Shown one piece after another: positions 7,588 to 15,956 of a stretch of 29,146 nucleotides of DNA. A program made the position numbers and the translations under genes. A model generated the notes under the pieces. That model saw nothing but the letters and a program-made list of their open reading frames with translations, had not been told where the DNA came from and made no database searches. The stretch covers positions 1 through 29,146 of the IMG/VR virus record IMGVR_UViG_3300045988_180091, one strand, 5' to 3'. Positions within the stretch are counted from its first letter, which is position 1. The number at the start of each line of letters is the position of its first letter. Source of the DNA: a virus.

Positions 7588-8415
7588 TCAAATGAAGTAT
7601 TTGTAAGCGGCAGTTAAGCGTTTGCGGTACAGGTCTAACGTGGTCAGCCCTCCTGCATAGACTTTGCGGGATGAGATTATCACGTTGGTTCCTGCTTCCA
7701 TATGGGAGAAGAACATCGAAAGGCAATCTTCCAGGCTGTCGCTTGTAGTGAGAGTTTCGTACACCGGATATGAGTATTTGGCGGCTTTGCTGTATGTGCT
7801 ATTGAGCTCATACACGAAGAACATCACCTGTCCCGTAACGGTGTTGGGGTCATAGCCATTGCCATAACACCAGTTGAAAAGGTCTGTCTTTCGGCTATAA
7901 GTCCATTGCAGGAGTCCATAGCCGCCATCCGAAGGGTTTTCGGCCGAGGCTTTAAGACCGCTTTCCATCGACATGCAGCCCATCACTGCGGCAGTACCGG
8001 CCTTTGAAAGGCCAGCGGACCGCAGAGCTGTGTAGATTTCAAGCTCATTGTCGTTGAGATTATCTGGAATTGTTTCGGGTTTCGGTTCAGCTTCTTCGAT
8101 GGCTGCTTCTGCGGTCTCAATCCGTGGTTCCGGTTCTGCAGCATCGGAAGATTCGACCTCAGCAGTTGTAATTTCCTCCTGTGCTTCTTCGGAAGTTTCC
8201 GTTATCGGGAACGCTTTATCGAGCTCATTCACCGTTTCAATGGGAGTGGAAAAAGCGATAGGTTCGGTTTTGGGAGCTATGTTTTCCTCTGCGTGTGCAG
8301 GAACAGAAAGCATAAAACCCATGCAGGCGATGATGGTAAAAATACACATTACCGCGACGACAACCAGGACATGCTTGTTCCGAAAAATGCTGTTATTATT
8401 CTTTTCGACTTTCAT
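7588..8415 (-). CDS. membrane-anchored/secreted protein with phage tail lysozyme-like domain
   Basis: N-terminal TM segment, linker, then 'AAVMGCMSMESGLKASAENPSDGGYGLLQWT...CLSMFFSHME' typical of the phage tail lysozyme family. Confidence 0.8.
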   Translation of the reverse strand: MKVEKNNNSIFRNKHVLVVVAVMCIFTIIACMGFMLSVPAHAEENIAPKTEPIAFSTPIETVNELDKAFPITETSEEAQEEITTAEVESSDAAEPEPRIETAEAAIEEAEPKPETIPDNLNDNELEIYTALRSAGLSKAGTAAVMGCMSMESGLKASAENPSDGGYGLLQWTYSRKTDLFNWCYGNGYDPNTVTGQVMFFVYELNSTYSKAAKYSYPVYETLTTSDSLEDCLSMFFSHMEAGTNVIISSRKVYAGGLTTLDLYRKRLTAAYKYFI

Positions 8416-8514
8416 TTTGTGACTCCTTTTTTGTGTCTTTTCCTTGTAGCGGAAGATTGTGATTTGAGATTTGTGGTTTGTTTTGAATTCCTCCTTTTTC
8501 TGTAAACAAAAAAA

Positions 8515-8543
8515 GGCAGGCCCATCATGAAGATGAGTCTGCC
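8515..8543 (-). terminator. leader hairpin GGCAGACTCATC..GATGGGCCTGCC + TTTTTTT upstream of the lysozyme-like gene
   Basis: Stem plus T tract, located between promoter and RBS/start. Confidence 0.7.
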
Positions 8544-8617
8544 TTGAACGAGAACAGAATTATGAATTGTACGAGCACGCGGTGTGCAAAGTAGATGTTA
8601 TCTGTCGTACAACTTTA

Positions 8618-8645
8618 ATACTATGGAATTCGCAAGGATGTGCAA
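8618..8645 (-). promoter_or_regulatory. promoter family member: TTGCAC-ATCCTTGCGAATTCCA-TAGTAT
   Basis: Same architecture as other members; leader hairpins downstream. Confidence 0.6.
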
Positions 8646-8667
8646 GAGCTTTTGATGTGCTTCTTTT

Positions 8668-9207
8668 TCAGGCTTCGTTAAGCCATTTCTGAGTGATATC
8701 CATGATTTGATTCTGAAATTCCGGGTCCGGCAAGGTTTTGCTGTCTGCCCAAATTGAGTTACGGACGATTGGGTAATCGTACACGACGCCGTCAACGATA
8801 TAGGGCCAAAGAACAACTTCACCACCCACAAGCCAGAGCTTTTGGACTTTGACAGGCTTCGCGTATCTTGTGAGCCAGCATTCACTGGTCACGACAGAAT
8901 CCGCCACATATTTCTGTGTTTCTTCCTCAGTTAAGAGATTCGGGTCTTCGTCCTTGATGTTGTACATTCGGACAATGAACGGTAACGGCATGTCCTTGGA
9001 GTATTTTTTGTTCTGACGCAGCTCAGCGAGCAGGAATTTTGAGACAAAATGCGCAATGCCGATGCTGGTCAGGCAGTCGTCAAGGGTATGCCCAAGACAA
9101 ATTCTTGGGATTTCCTGGTCCTCCCCTTTCATCCGATTCGTTGGTATCTGCGGAACAACATCGTCCGGCAGGCATCCGGTGTCTGCCATGATATGATAAA
9201 GAATCAT
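8668..9207 (-). CDS. hypothetical protein (179 aa)
   Basis: Intact ORF with AGGAGG upstream. Confidence 0.65.
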   Translation of the reverse strand: MILYHIMADTGCLPDDVVPQIPTNRMKGEDQEIPRICLGHTLDDCLTSIGIAHFVSKFLLAELRQNKKYSKDMPLPFIVRMYNIKDEDPNLLTEEETQKYVADSVVTSECWLTRYAKPVKVQKLWLVGGEVVLWPYIVDGVVYDYPIVRNSIWADSKTLPDPEFQNQIMDITQKWLNEA

Positions 9208-9235
9208 TGATGTTTCCTCCTGAAATAAAAAAATA

Positions 9236-9262
9236 GCAGGCCCTCAAGAATCGAGAGTCTGC
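9236..9262 (-). terminator. leader hairpin GCAGACTCTC..GAGGGCCTGC + T tract
   Basis: Same sequence family as 8515-8543. Confidence 0.65.
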
Positions 9263-9359
9263 GTTGTTCGCACGATGAATCATTCATTCGAGTGTGTTTT
9301 TATCGTGTAGTTGATATTTTGTTTGGCTTGTACACGTAGCCAGCCCAAACAGACATCGT

Positions 9360-9842
9360 TCAGAACGTCTTGTTATCAGGAATCCGCAGATACATCCAGG
9401 ACTGTGGTGCTCGCTTAACGCCGAGCTCTCGCAGCGACATATCCATAGATTGGACATCAGAAACGTTCCAGCAATAAAGAGTGCCGGACTTATTGCCGTA
9501 TGCAATCAGCTCATTTGCGGTAAGGCAGCTGTCCTTCACGAATTGAGCGGTCTTTTCGGTCACTTCCGTGCCAATAGCATATGCCGGAAGCTCACGCAGG
9601 CAATCGAGTGTATTGATGGCACGGCAAACAAATGCGGCAGTCACTTTTCCAGCACCACCGTTAGCTTTGGTTTCGTAGCAAAATACTACAAAAGGATAGC
9701 TAATTTCCCACGGCATAGTTTTTCGGACCTCAACAGTCTTTTCTCCGCTCAGAATTTTTTCAAGCCATTGCTTCTTGATGCTGAGAAGAACGGCTTTATT
9801 CGAGTTGATTTCAAGGGTTTTATTGATATTTGAATTAAGCAT
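9360..9842 (-). CDS. ASCH/EVE-like (PUA superfamily) domain protein
   Basis: 'VLLSIKKQWLEKILSGEKTVEVRKTMP' is a characteristic ASCH N-terminal motif. Confidence 0.7.
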   Translation of the reverse strand: MLNSNINKTLEINSNKAVLLSIKKQWLEKILSGEKTVEVRKTMPWEISYPFVVFCYETKANGGAGKVTAAFVCRAINTLDCLRELPAYAIGTEVTEKTAQFVKDSCLTANELIAYGNKSGTLYCWNVSDVQSMDMSLRELGVKRAPQSWMYLRIPDNKTF

Positions 9843-9905
9843 TGTTATGCTCCTTTCACACTTCGGGTATTTTTTATTTTTGGTGGGATTTCTTACTGAC
9901 GCAAG

Positions 9906-9925
9906 CCCACGACTTTAGTCGTGGG
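9906..9925. mobile_element. solo IS605/TnpB-like end palindrome CCCACGACT-TT-AGTCGTGGG
   Basis: 9-bp perfect palindrome flanked by GACGCAAG / TTATTGAC. Confidence 0.5.
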
Positions 9926-9947
9926 TTATTGACTTGTTTTTGGAGCG

Positions 9948-10200
9948 TCACCATTTATGGAACGGGTTCAAAAGTCCGGGACGGTATTCGTTATCGACAT
10001 ACATCTTGATGTCGTTATCGTCCAGGGCATCCAAAATGTTCATCCAGCATTCCGCTTCGACGTGCATCTCGCCGTCCATTTTCAAGGCCCTGTCGCACTG
10101 AACTAAGTCTGCGCGAAAAGAATTCACATAGAAGCAATCTTTTGCGGCAGCTGCGAACCTGGTAAAGCTGTTCTTGGTATTTGTGGTCATAGTATTCATC
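9948..10200 (-). CDS. hypothetical protein (~83 aa, MNTMTTNTKNSF...)
   Basis: Start chosen after leader hairpin; RBS AAAGGATG. Confidence 0.5.
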
Positions 10201-10246
10201 CTTTCTGAAATATTTTTGTTTCTAATCAATACATACAAAAAAAGAA

Positions 10247-10272
10247 GCAGGCCCTCAAAAGAGAGTCTGCTT
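10247..10272 (-). terminator. leader hairpin GCAGACTCTCTTTTGAGGGCCTGC + T tract
   Basis: Same sequence family. Confidence 0.65.
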
Positions 10273-10345
10273 ACTTGTGCATGACAGATTGTTAATTTAA
10301 TGTTCAATTAGGAGGTAAGTGATGGTATCTGTTATGCAATTATTA

Positions 10346-10373
10346 TTTTAGGCGGTTCGCACATTTGTGCAAG
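10346..10373 (-). promoter_or_regulatory. promoter family member: TTGCAC-AAATGTGCGAACCGCC-TAAAAT
   Basis: Same architecture. Confidence 0.65.
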
Positions 10374-10380
10374 TGGCTTT

Positions 10381-10917
10381 TTAACTTCGTTTGTTTTTGG
10401 TTGAAGCACTGTTCCAACCCTTAGACTTGTGCTTTTCAGAGCTGTCGCCTTTGAACATTTCGGATACTTTACTGCCATCGTCTTCCGCATGAGCAATATA
10501 TTCAGCCGCAAGAATTTCATACTGTGCGCGGGAAATCCCGGTTTGCTCTGTAAAATTTATGAATTCATGTTCAAACGCCAAACTGAGTGTTATTAAGACG
10601 CGATTGGCAAGTTCTTGCCGGAATTCATCAACGGTGCCATCAAATTTTATTGTGCGGTCGTCATCATCATCTGTGAAATCATCGGCCGCAGTATTGACGG
10701 CATCGCTAAAAAATGTAGTCATATCGTATGCCATATCGGAAGGGCTGATGTTAGGGCTACCATTCGCGTCTTTTTCGTTCAGTTTAACCTGGAGTAGCCC
10801 TTGTATGATGCTGTAGCGCATCAGAAGCACTGACATTGTTGATGTTGGCTCGAAATTTTCAATTTCTTTTTCAAGAATTTTCTGCTTGTTTGCGATTACT
10901 TTGTAGTTTGCTTTCAT
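10381..10917 (-). CDS. hypothetical protein (178 aa)
   Basis: Intact ORF with AAGGAGAT RBS. Confidence 0.6.
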   Translation of the reverse strand: MKANYKVIANKQKILEKEIENFEPTSTMSVLLMRYSIIQGLLQVKLNEKDANGSPNISPSDMAYDMTTFFSDAVNTAADDFTDDDDDRTIKFDGTVDEFRQELANRVLITLSLAFEHEFINFTEQTGISRAQYEILAAEYIAHAEDDGSKVSEMFKGDSSEKHKSKGWNSASTKNKRS

Positions 10918-10928
10918 ATGAATCTCCT

Positions 10929-12005
10929 TTAAGTGCCCATGACGCGTCTTACTGTTGCAATTTTTATCTCACGTTTCCCTTCCGGCAGCACAAAAGTTGG
11001 CTCAATCCAGCGAACTTCTAAGCGAGTTCGGCCTTCTCCGACCCAATAATGATGCCAATGGGCGCGGCGGACGTGAGGTCTGACCGTACGGCCCGTGCCG
11101 GTTGCTGTGGACTTCTGATATTCCGTGCCAGAAGCCAGCTGCTTTTCAAAGCTCTTTCCGATGACAAAGCCTACATTGTAGGTCTTGATATTAACTTTCT
11201 TAGGTGTTGCACCGGGTTTGGAAACAAGGATGGGCCGCTTCTCTTTCGGGATTTTTACCTCTTTGATTTCAGCATTCTTGGATGCAAGGTAATAAGCTGC
11301 AGAAACCGCAACACGAAGATGCGGCTCAATGCCGGCGTTGAATTCCCGCTGCTTTTCCAGCTCTTCTTCACTGAGAACGGCACCTGGTACATTTGAAATC
11401 GTGGCGTCATTGACAGTGGCGGAATCAGTTCCGTTCTGAAATGCCTGCTCGCGAGCATCATTGTTGCGCCGATAGGACTCAATCAGCTTCTTGCCGTTGA
11501 GACACCACTGCATGCACTGGCAAAGTTCGATATTGTCAAAGTTTGGATTTGCCTTAAAAGGAACAATCAGGAAGAGTGTATCCACATCGTTTGGACCATG
11601 GGATGCATCAAACTCAATGTGAACAAACATCGCATCGTGATGAGAGCCAGCGGGCAGATTCATGACAAAATCTCTGTATGGCAGCCGCATCATAATATCG
11701 GAATAAATCGGTGCGTCCTCAGTCTCTGCCAATGTTCTGAGAAATTCCGAAGCGAAATTGTACACGGTTTTTGCTGCACGCCAATAGTTTGCGACGTATG
11801 CCATCGAAAATTGTGCGGCAAGTTCCCCATCCATTGCATCGGCGGCAATCTGACCGTTTTGGATAAGGCGGTGCCCAAGTGGAATAAATTCTTTCACATA
11901 ATAGTCATAGCCCTTATCCAACAGCTTGTTGGCCCCAGAATTCGCAAGAAATTGACTGCTCTGCTCGGCATACCAGAGAGCACTGTTCACAATGATATTA
12001 TCCAC
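10929..12005 (-). CDS. hypothetical protein (358 aa)
   Basis: Long intact ORF. Confidence 0.65.
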   Translation of the reverse strand: MDNIIVNSALWYAEQSSQFLANSGANKLLDKGYDYYVKEFIPLGHRLIQNGQIAADAMDGELAAQFSMAYVANYWRAAKTVYNFASEFLRTLAETEDAPIYSDIMMRLPYRDFVMNLPAGSHHDAMFVHIEFDASHGPNDVDTLFLIVPFKANPNFDNIELCQCMQWCLNGKKLIESYRRNNDAREQAFQNGTDSATVNDATISNVPGAVLSEEELEKQREFNAGIEPHLRVAVSAAYYLASKNAEIKEVKIPKEKRPILVSKPGATPKKVNIKTYNVGFVIGKSFEKQLASGTEYQKSTATGTGRTVRPHVRRAHWHHYWVGEGRTRLEVRWIEPTFVLPEGKREIKIATVRRVMGT

Positions 12006-12014
12006 AATGCCACC

Positions 12015-12284
12015 TCACTGCCAGCATAATTTTATTGTTCCGTCAACAAAGAGAATCTGGCTGTACTTCTCACCGTCAAGAACGATGCAACGGTCCTCTC
12101 CGTGTTTGTGAGCGCCGGTACAATACACAGTTTTGTTATTGATAGCCGGGATGGACGGTGCTTTTGCCAAAACCAGCTGACCGCGCATGGCGCAGATGTC
12201 GAGAAAAGAAATAATGTGGTCGCCCACCCTGGAAAACCTCCAATCTTGTTCACAGTGCTTTGATTTGGAAAGAGCCCTCAACAT
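12015..12284 (-). CDS. hypothetical protein (89 aa, may start internally)
   Basis: Intact ORF overlapping the next. Confidence 0.4.
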   Translation of the reverse strand: MLRALSKSKHCEQDWRFSRVGDHIISFLDICAMRGQLVLAKAPSIPAINNKTVYCTGAHKHGEDRCIVLDGEKYSQILFVDGTIKLCWQ

Positions 12285-12921
12285 GCGGCAGCGGCTCGTT
12301 TGTCACTTTCAGAACGGAGCTATCTCGTTTCTCTGTCGTATATCGAATGGTTTTAAGAATCTCGTATGCCAGCTTGCTGTTGTAGGCAAGCCCTGCGTTG
12401 GAAATACCGAAGTTTCCGTTCCAGCCAATTCCCATCCTTTTGAGCTGCGGAATTAGAAGGTCACGGGCTTCGATGACGCCTGTTCCGTTCCAGCGTGCAT
12501 CATGATACGCCTGAAAGTGCTGTTCATCGTTACCAGAAATATCGAGGGCTTCATAAATGACACCAAATTGACCCATTAGAATGCGAGAGTATGTATCCAA
12601 CGCATTGGCAACGACTTTCCAGGAAGGAGTATCTAAGCCGATACTGTATTTATACGGAGCATCCTTTTCCGGCAGTTCCCGTGCATGATGCAGCATATCT
12701 TCCAGTATTTCGCTGCACTTGTCGGAATAGCTTTTAACAGGAGCCGTTACGTTGATAGCCGTCAGAGTAGCACAAGCACTTGCAATGTCTGCCTCGCTTG
12801 CTCCATAAGCCTCTCCAACCTCTTTGCAGATAGAGGAAAAATCGTTGCTATAAAACGTTATCATGATGGTGAGAGCGTGCAGGATGAAAGAGTACTGCTT
12901 GCTCGTGAAATCAATGTACAT
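12250..12921 (-). CDS. hypothetical protein (223 aa)
   Basis: Intact ORF with promoter just upstream. Confidence 0.6.
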   Translation of the reverse strand: MYIDFTSKQYSFILHALTIMITFYSNDFSSICKEVGEAYGASEADIASACATLTAINVTAPVKSYSDKCSEILEDMLHHARELPEKDAPYKYSIGLDTPSWKVVANALDTYSRILMGQFGVIYEALDISGNDEQHFQAYHDARWNGTGVIEARDLLIPQLKRMGIGWNGNFGISNAGLAYNSKLAYEILKTIRYTTEKRDSSVLKVTNEPLPHVEGSFQIKAL

Positions 12922-12953
12922 ACGGCAAAAATCCTTTCACTTTTTACCCTTTC

Positions 12954-12982
12954 ATTATACCGCGATTCGCAATTTCTCACAA
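12954..12982 (-). promoter_or_regulatory. promoter family member (17-nt spacer): TTGTGA-GAAATTGCGAATCGCGG-TATAAT
   Basis: Consensus -10 and conserved TTGCGAA. Confidence 0.6.
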
Positions 12983-13027
12983 CGGAAAGCGCTAAATGGT
13001 AACAGTTTATACATATTTTTACAAGCA

Positions 13028-13055
13028 AAAAAGCCGCCTCCTTATGGAGGCGGCT
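13028..13055 (-). terminator. intrinsic terminator GCCGCCTCC-ATAA-GGAGGCGGC TTTTTT
   Basis: Perfect 9-bp stem plus T tract after the 13062 gene. Confidence 0.85.
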
Positions 13056-13061
13056 GGACCC

Positions 13062-13313
13062 TTATTTTACAGCTTTTCTGATTTCGAGCTCGTGCTCATA
13101 GCAGCTTTTGCAAATCAGATAGCCAATGCCAATATCGTTCTGGATGGCCGCAGACGTATATGCGTTGTGCTCGTTGATGGTACGTCCGCACGCAGCACAA
13201 TTGAGTTCTTCGTTGGCATGAACCATGATGTCGCAATGCCCGTTCTGAGGTGGGGTGTACGGCGTATATTGCTTCTTGATGAAATCGTATTTCTGCATTT
13301 TATGGCACTCCAT
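13062..13313 (-). CDS. small zinc-ribbon-like protein (83 aa)
   Basis: CAAC...CKSC pattern; promoter TTGTTT-N17-TATAAT just upstream. Confidence 0.6.
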   Translation of the reverse strand: MECHKMQKYDFIKKQYTPYTPPQNGHCDIMVHANEELNCAACGRTINEHNAYTSAAIQNDIGIGYLICKSCYEHELEIRKAVK

Positions 13314-13484
13314 TATTCATTGTTTTCTTTCGCTATTATATCACAAATTGTGGTGCTAAACAAGAAAGCAGTCCCCCATAAATTTACGAACAATCGCTGA
13401 CTTTGGAGATTGTGACGTTTGCTGAAGGATTTGTACCTTTGAGCAGTATCCTGCCGTTAGATTTACCAAACGAAGGCCGGGGAA

Positions 13485-13506
13485 TCCCACGATTTCAATC
13501 GTGGGA
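13485..13506 (+). mobile_element. solo IS605/TnpB-like end: TCCCACGATT-TC-AATCGTGGGA followed by GGTGTCAAG
   Basis: 10-bp perfect palindrome in a TnpB right-end-like context. Confidence 0.5.
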
Positions 13507-13797
13507 GGTGTCAAGGACTGATTCTGTGAACGTCCTCACCAAAGCCTTGCAGCTATAGATGAAACATTCTGCTTTCAAACTTTGGTAGGAATCCAATCCA
13601 CAATTTGCGGAACAAAGTCGGCTTATCGGAATATTGCATCGGAATAATATCAAGGTATTTTCGATATCGTTCCGAACGGATGAATCAGTGGCAAATGAAG
13701 GCACTTTTGCTTCCTGGACAATTTTGTTGCTTTGCTGTATGATTAAAGTACAACAATTAGGGCAATACAAAAATCGATAACGGCGAGGTACTGACAA

Positions 13798-14169
13798 ATG
13801 GACGCGACAATGCAGACGGTTCTCCGGCTCCATGAGCAAGGTATACCTAGAAGAACCATTGCCAAACGTGCAGGCATCTCATTGCAGAAAGTGCGCAAAA
13901 TACTGATTACGGCCGGGGCCTGGTCAGATGAAACATCAGAAAAAATCGGGAAGCTGCGTGCGAACGGTATGTCAGTTCCTGAAATTGCAGAAGAATTGGG
14001 TGTAAAAACCAATACTGTTTGGAGCTTTTTGCCATACAGCAAAGGCATGTATAATCAAGAATATCCGACCATTAACGCCATTCGAGTCCGAAATTCGAAG
14101 CGAAAAGCAAAAGAAAAAGCCCTCACCTGCACGGATACCGCACAGAATGAGGGCAGTGGCGCTTGCTGA
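13798..14169 (+). CDS. helix-turn-helix DNA-binding protein (123 aa)
   Basis: 'RLHEQGIPRRTIAKRAGISLQKVRKIL' and 'GMSVPEIAEELGVKTNTVWSFLPYSKGMYN'; best-supported plus-strand gene in the window. Confidence 0.75.
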   Translation: MDATMQTVLRLHEQGIPRRTIAKRAGISLQKVRKILITAGAWSDETSEKIGKLRANGMSVPEIAEELGVKTNTVWSFLPYSKGMYNQEYPTINAIRVRNSKRKAKEKALTCTDTAQNEGSGAC

Positions 14170-14244
14170 AGGATTCGAACCTTCGGACAGTCTCCCATCG
14201 TCGGTTTTCTGGACCGATTTCATCAACCACTCGGACATCTGACC
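14157..14244 (-). tRNA. tRNA-Ser-like (anticodon AGA) with long variable arm; acceptor stem does not pair (possible pseudogene)
   Basis: T arm GAAGG-TTCGAAT-CCTTC, variable arm GATGG-GAGA-CTGTC, anticodon stem TCGGT/ACCGA, encoded G73-CCA; acceptor GGTCAGA vs AGCAAGC. Confidence 0.6.
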
Positions 14245-14252
14245 ATAAAAGG

Positions 14253-14282
14253 ATGGGGCGGGACCGAAATCCCGCCCCACAG
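14253..14282 (-). terminator. hairpin GGGGCGGGA..TCCCGCCCC downstream of the surface-protein gene
   Basis: 9-bp perfect GC stem then ATCCTTTTAT. Confidence 0.65.
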
Positions 14283-14327
14283 CAAGGAGAAAAAACTATC
14301 GATTACCGTTAGTTAGAGGATGGCAAA

Positions 14328-15491
14328 TTAGTGGATGCCCAGGGAAGCGGCATAAGCAGCTTCACGAGCGGCAACCTGTGCCTGCAGAGCAGCGATGGAA
14401 GCGGCATAAGCGGCTTCACGCTTTTCAGCAGCAGCCTGAGCTTCAGAGGTAGAAGCGTACTGGGGCTCGTTGCCAGCCAGAGTGCCAGCATAGCCCTTGA
14501 CGCCATCAGCGCCCTTAACAGTCAGGACTTCATGACCACAATGGTCACAGACGTAAACGTTACCCTTGCGGGTCCAGTTGTGATAGCCACAGCTGGTGCA
14601 GACGGTGTACTCATTGCCCCAGGTGCCATTGGCAATAGCGGCGGCAATTTCACCGTGCTCAGAAACCTCAACGTTCTTGCGAGGAGCGGTCGGAGTAGTG
14701 GTGGTAGTGCCGTTGCCCTTGTTGGAGCCGGTAGAAGTGTTGTCCTTATCGGGGGCCACTACGTCGCCCTTGTCATCGGGAGTGGTGGTGCCGCTGTCGC
14801 CGGTATTGTCGCCCTTGTTGTCGCCCTTATCGTCGGGGTTGGTGACATCGCCCTTGTCATCGCCCTTGTTGTCATCCTTGCCGTCATCGGGAGTGGATGC
14901 AGTAGTGGCTTTCAGGGTCAGGACATTGTCGTGAATGTCATCGCCCAGGAAGTAGAACAGGCGGTCATGGTTCAGGCTCTTGCTGGACGCGGTGTAAGTA
15001 TCGCCGGAATCGGTGGTCCAGGCTTCAACGCTCTGACCATCAACGCTGCCGGGGAAAGTGGCGGTGTCAGTTTCGGTCAGCACAGTGTTGCCGTCAATCT
15101 GATAGTTGATGGTGATGGAACGCGGATTACCTTCGGCCGCATAGCAGGAAGTGATGCCGTCAGCGGTGAACCACTGGTCAACTGCATCGTACGGCAGAGT
15201 GTCGCCGGGATAGTAGTTGTAGGTGTAGCCGCCGTGGCCCTGCAGGGTAATCCAGTAACCGTAGTCATACTGGCTTGCCGGGAACGTCATAGAGCCGCCC
15301 GGAGCCAGGTCCTGGGAAGAACCGTTGCTGAAAGAGAAATGATAGGTGTCGCCGGTGGCTGCGAATGCTGCGACAGGCAGACAAGTTGCCATCATACCGG
15401 CTGCTGCAATCCCTGCGATTGCTTTGATGATTTTCTGATTACTCATGCTGTGTACTCCTGCGATTGCTTTGATGATTTTCTGATTACTCAT
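14328..15491 (-). CDS. secreted surface protein: signal peptide, beta-rich domain, D/G/K/T-rich linker, two CxxC pairs, coiled-coil C-terminus
   Basis: 'MSNQKIIKAIAGIAAAGMMATCLPVAAFA' signal peptide; 'CTSCGYHNWTRKGNVYVCDHCGHE'; 'EKREAAYAASIAALQAQVAAREAAYAAS'. Confidence 0.75.
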   Translation of the reverse strand: MSNQKIIKAIAGVHSMSNQKIIKAIAGIAAAGMMATCLPVAAFAATGDTYHFSFSNGSSQDLAPGGSMTFPASQYDYGYWITLQGHGGYTYNYYPGDTLPYDAVDQWFTADGITSCYAAEGNPRSITINYQIDGNTVLTETDTATFPGSVDGQSVEAWTTDSGDTYTASSKSLNHDRLFYFLGDDIHDNVLTLKATTASTPDDGKDDNKGDDKGDVTNPDDKGDNKGDNTGDSGTTTPDDKGDVVAPDKDNTSTGSNKGNGTTTTTPTAPRKNVEVSEHGEIAAAIANGTWGNEYTVCTSCGYHNWTRKGNVYVCDHCGHEVLTVKGADGVKGYAGTLAGNEPQYASTSEAQAAAEKREAAYAASIAALQAQVAAREAAYAASLGIH

Positions 15492-15500
15492 GCTGTGTAC
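15404..15500 (-). repeat. 45-bp tandem duplication covering SD + start codon + first 12 codons of the surface-protein gene
   Basis: (AGGAGTACACAGC ATG AGT AAT CAG AAA ATC...) twice; protein reads MSNQKIIKAIAGVHS-MSNQKIIKAIAG. Confidence 0.9.
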
Positions 15501-15587
15501 TCCTTTGCTTTTTTGATTTTTTCGTCTATTTATCTGCATTTATTCAGATACCGGTTTGAAAGAAATCAGCCGCAGCTTTGCTGCGTT

Positions 15588-15626
15588 GCCCACCATCCGC
15601 CGCGTGGAGGCTTTCTCATGGATGGT
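15588..15626. repeat. covarying hairpin motif copy A: ACCATCC-(GCCGCGTGGAGGC)...-GGATGGT
   Basis: Near-identical core to 17398-17440 with compensatory stem change. Confidence 0.6.
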
Positions 15627-15850
15627 TGACGAAGCAGATATGTGCTTCGCCAGTGTCGCAACCGTCTTCGCCACTCGACACAATTTCGGTTTGAATTTAT
15701 CCCCGTAAAATCGCATGTCCATGCTGCGCGGAGAGGATAAAATTCTTCGTGGTATGGTTTCGGAGTTCCGCGCCTGATTGGCCGTACTACACGCAATGCA
15801 GTACAATACCCCAGATACCTTTGGCGAAAGGAAGCGAAAGGGTGTCTGGA

Positions 15851-15926
15851 TGGAGAAGGGAGATGGCCTCGAACCATCGATACCCTGCTTTGCGGCAGGT
15901 GCTTTATCCAGCTAAGCTATCCCTCC
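15851..15926 (-). tRNA. tRNA-Cys-like (GCA, U73, encoded CCA) with an apparent 6-nt anticodon loop
   Basis: GGAGGGA/TCCCTTC acceptor, D arm GCTT/AAGC, T arm GATGG-TTCGAGG-CCATC; anticodon arm CCTGC-CGCAAA-GCAGG. Confidence 0.7.
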
Positions 15927-15956
15927 ATGATGGCGGGTCAAGCCCGCCAAATAACG

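Noticed and set aside
13028-13055. Terminator at 13028-13055 as another leader/attenuator element
   Set aside because: Lies downstream of its gene and lacks the GCAGACT...GGGCCTGC core; treated as an ordinary terminator.
13495-13839. Minus-strand ORF of 114 aa
   Set aside because: Starts antisense within the HTH gene and composition is not protein-like; more likely part of a decayed element region.
14331-15629. Plus-strand ORF of 432 aa
   Set aside because: Exact antisense of the signal-peptide-bearing surface gene; low-complexity V/A/G translation is a shadow ORF.
15540-15877. ORFs 15540..15806 and 15566..15877
   Set aside because: Span the tRNA 3' region and the repeated hairpin motif; no RBS or recognisable domain.
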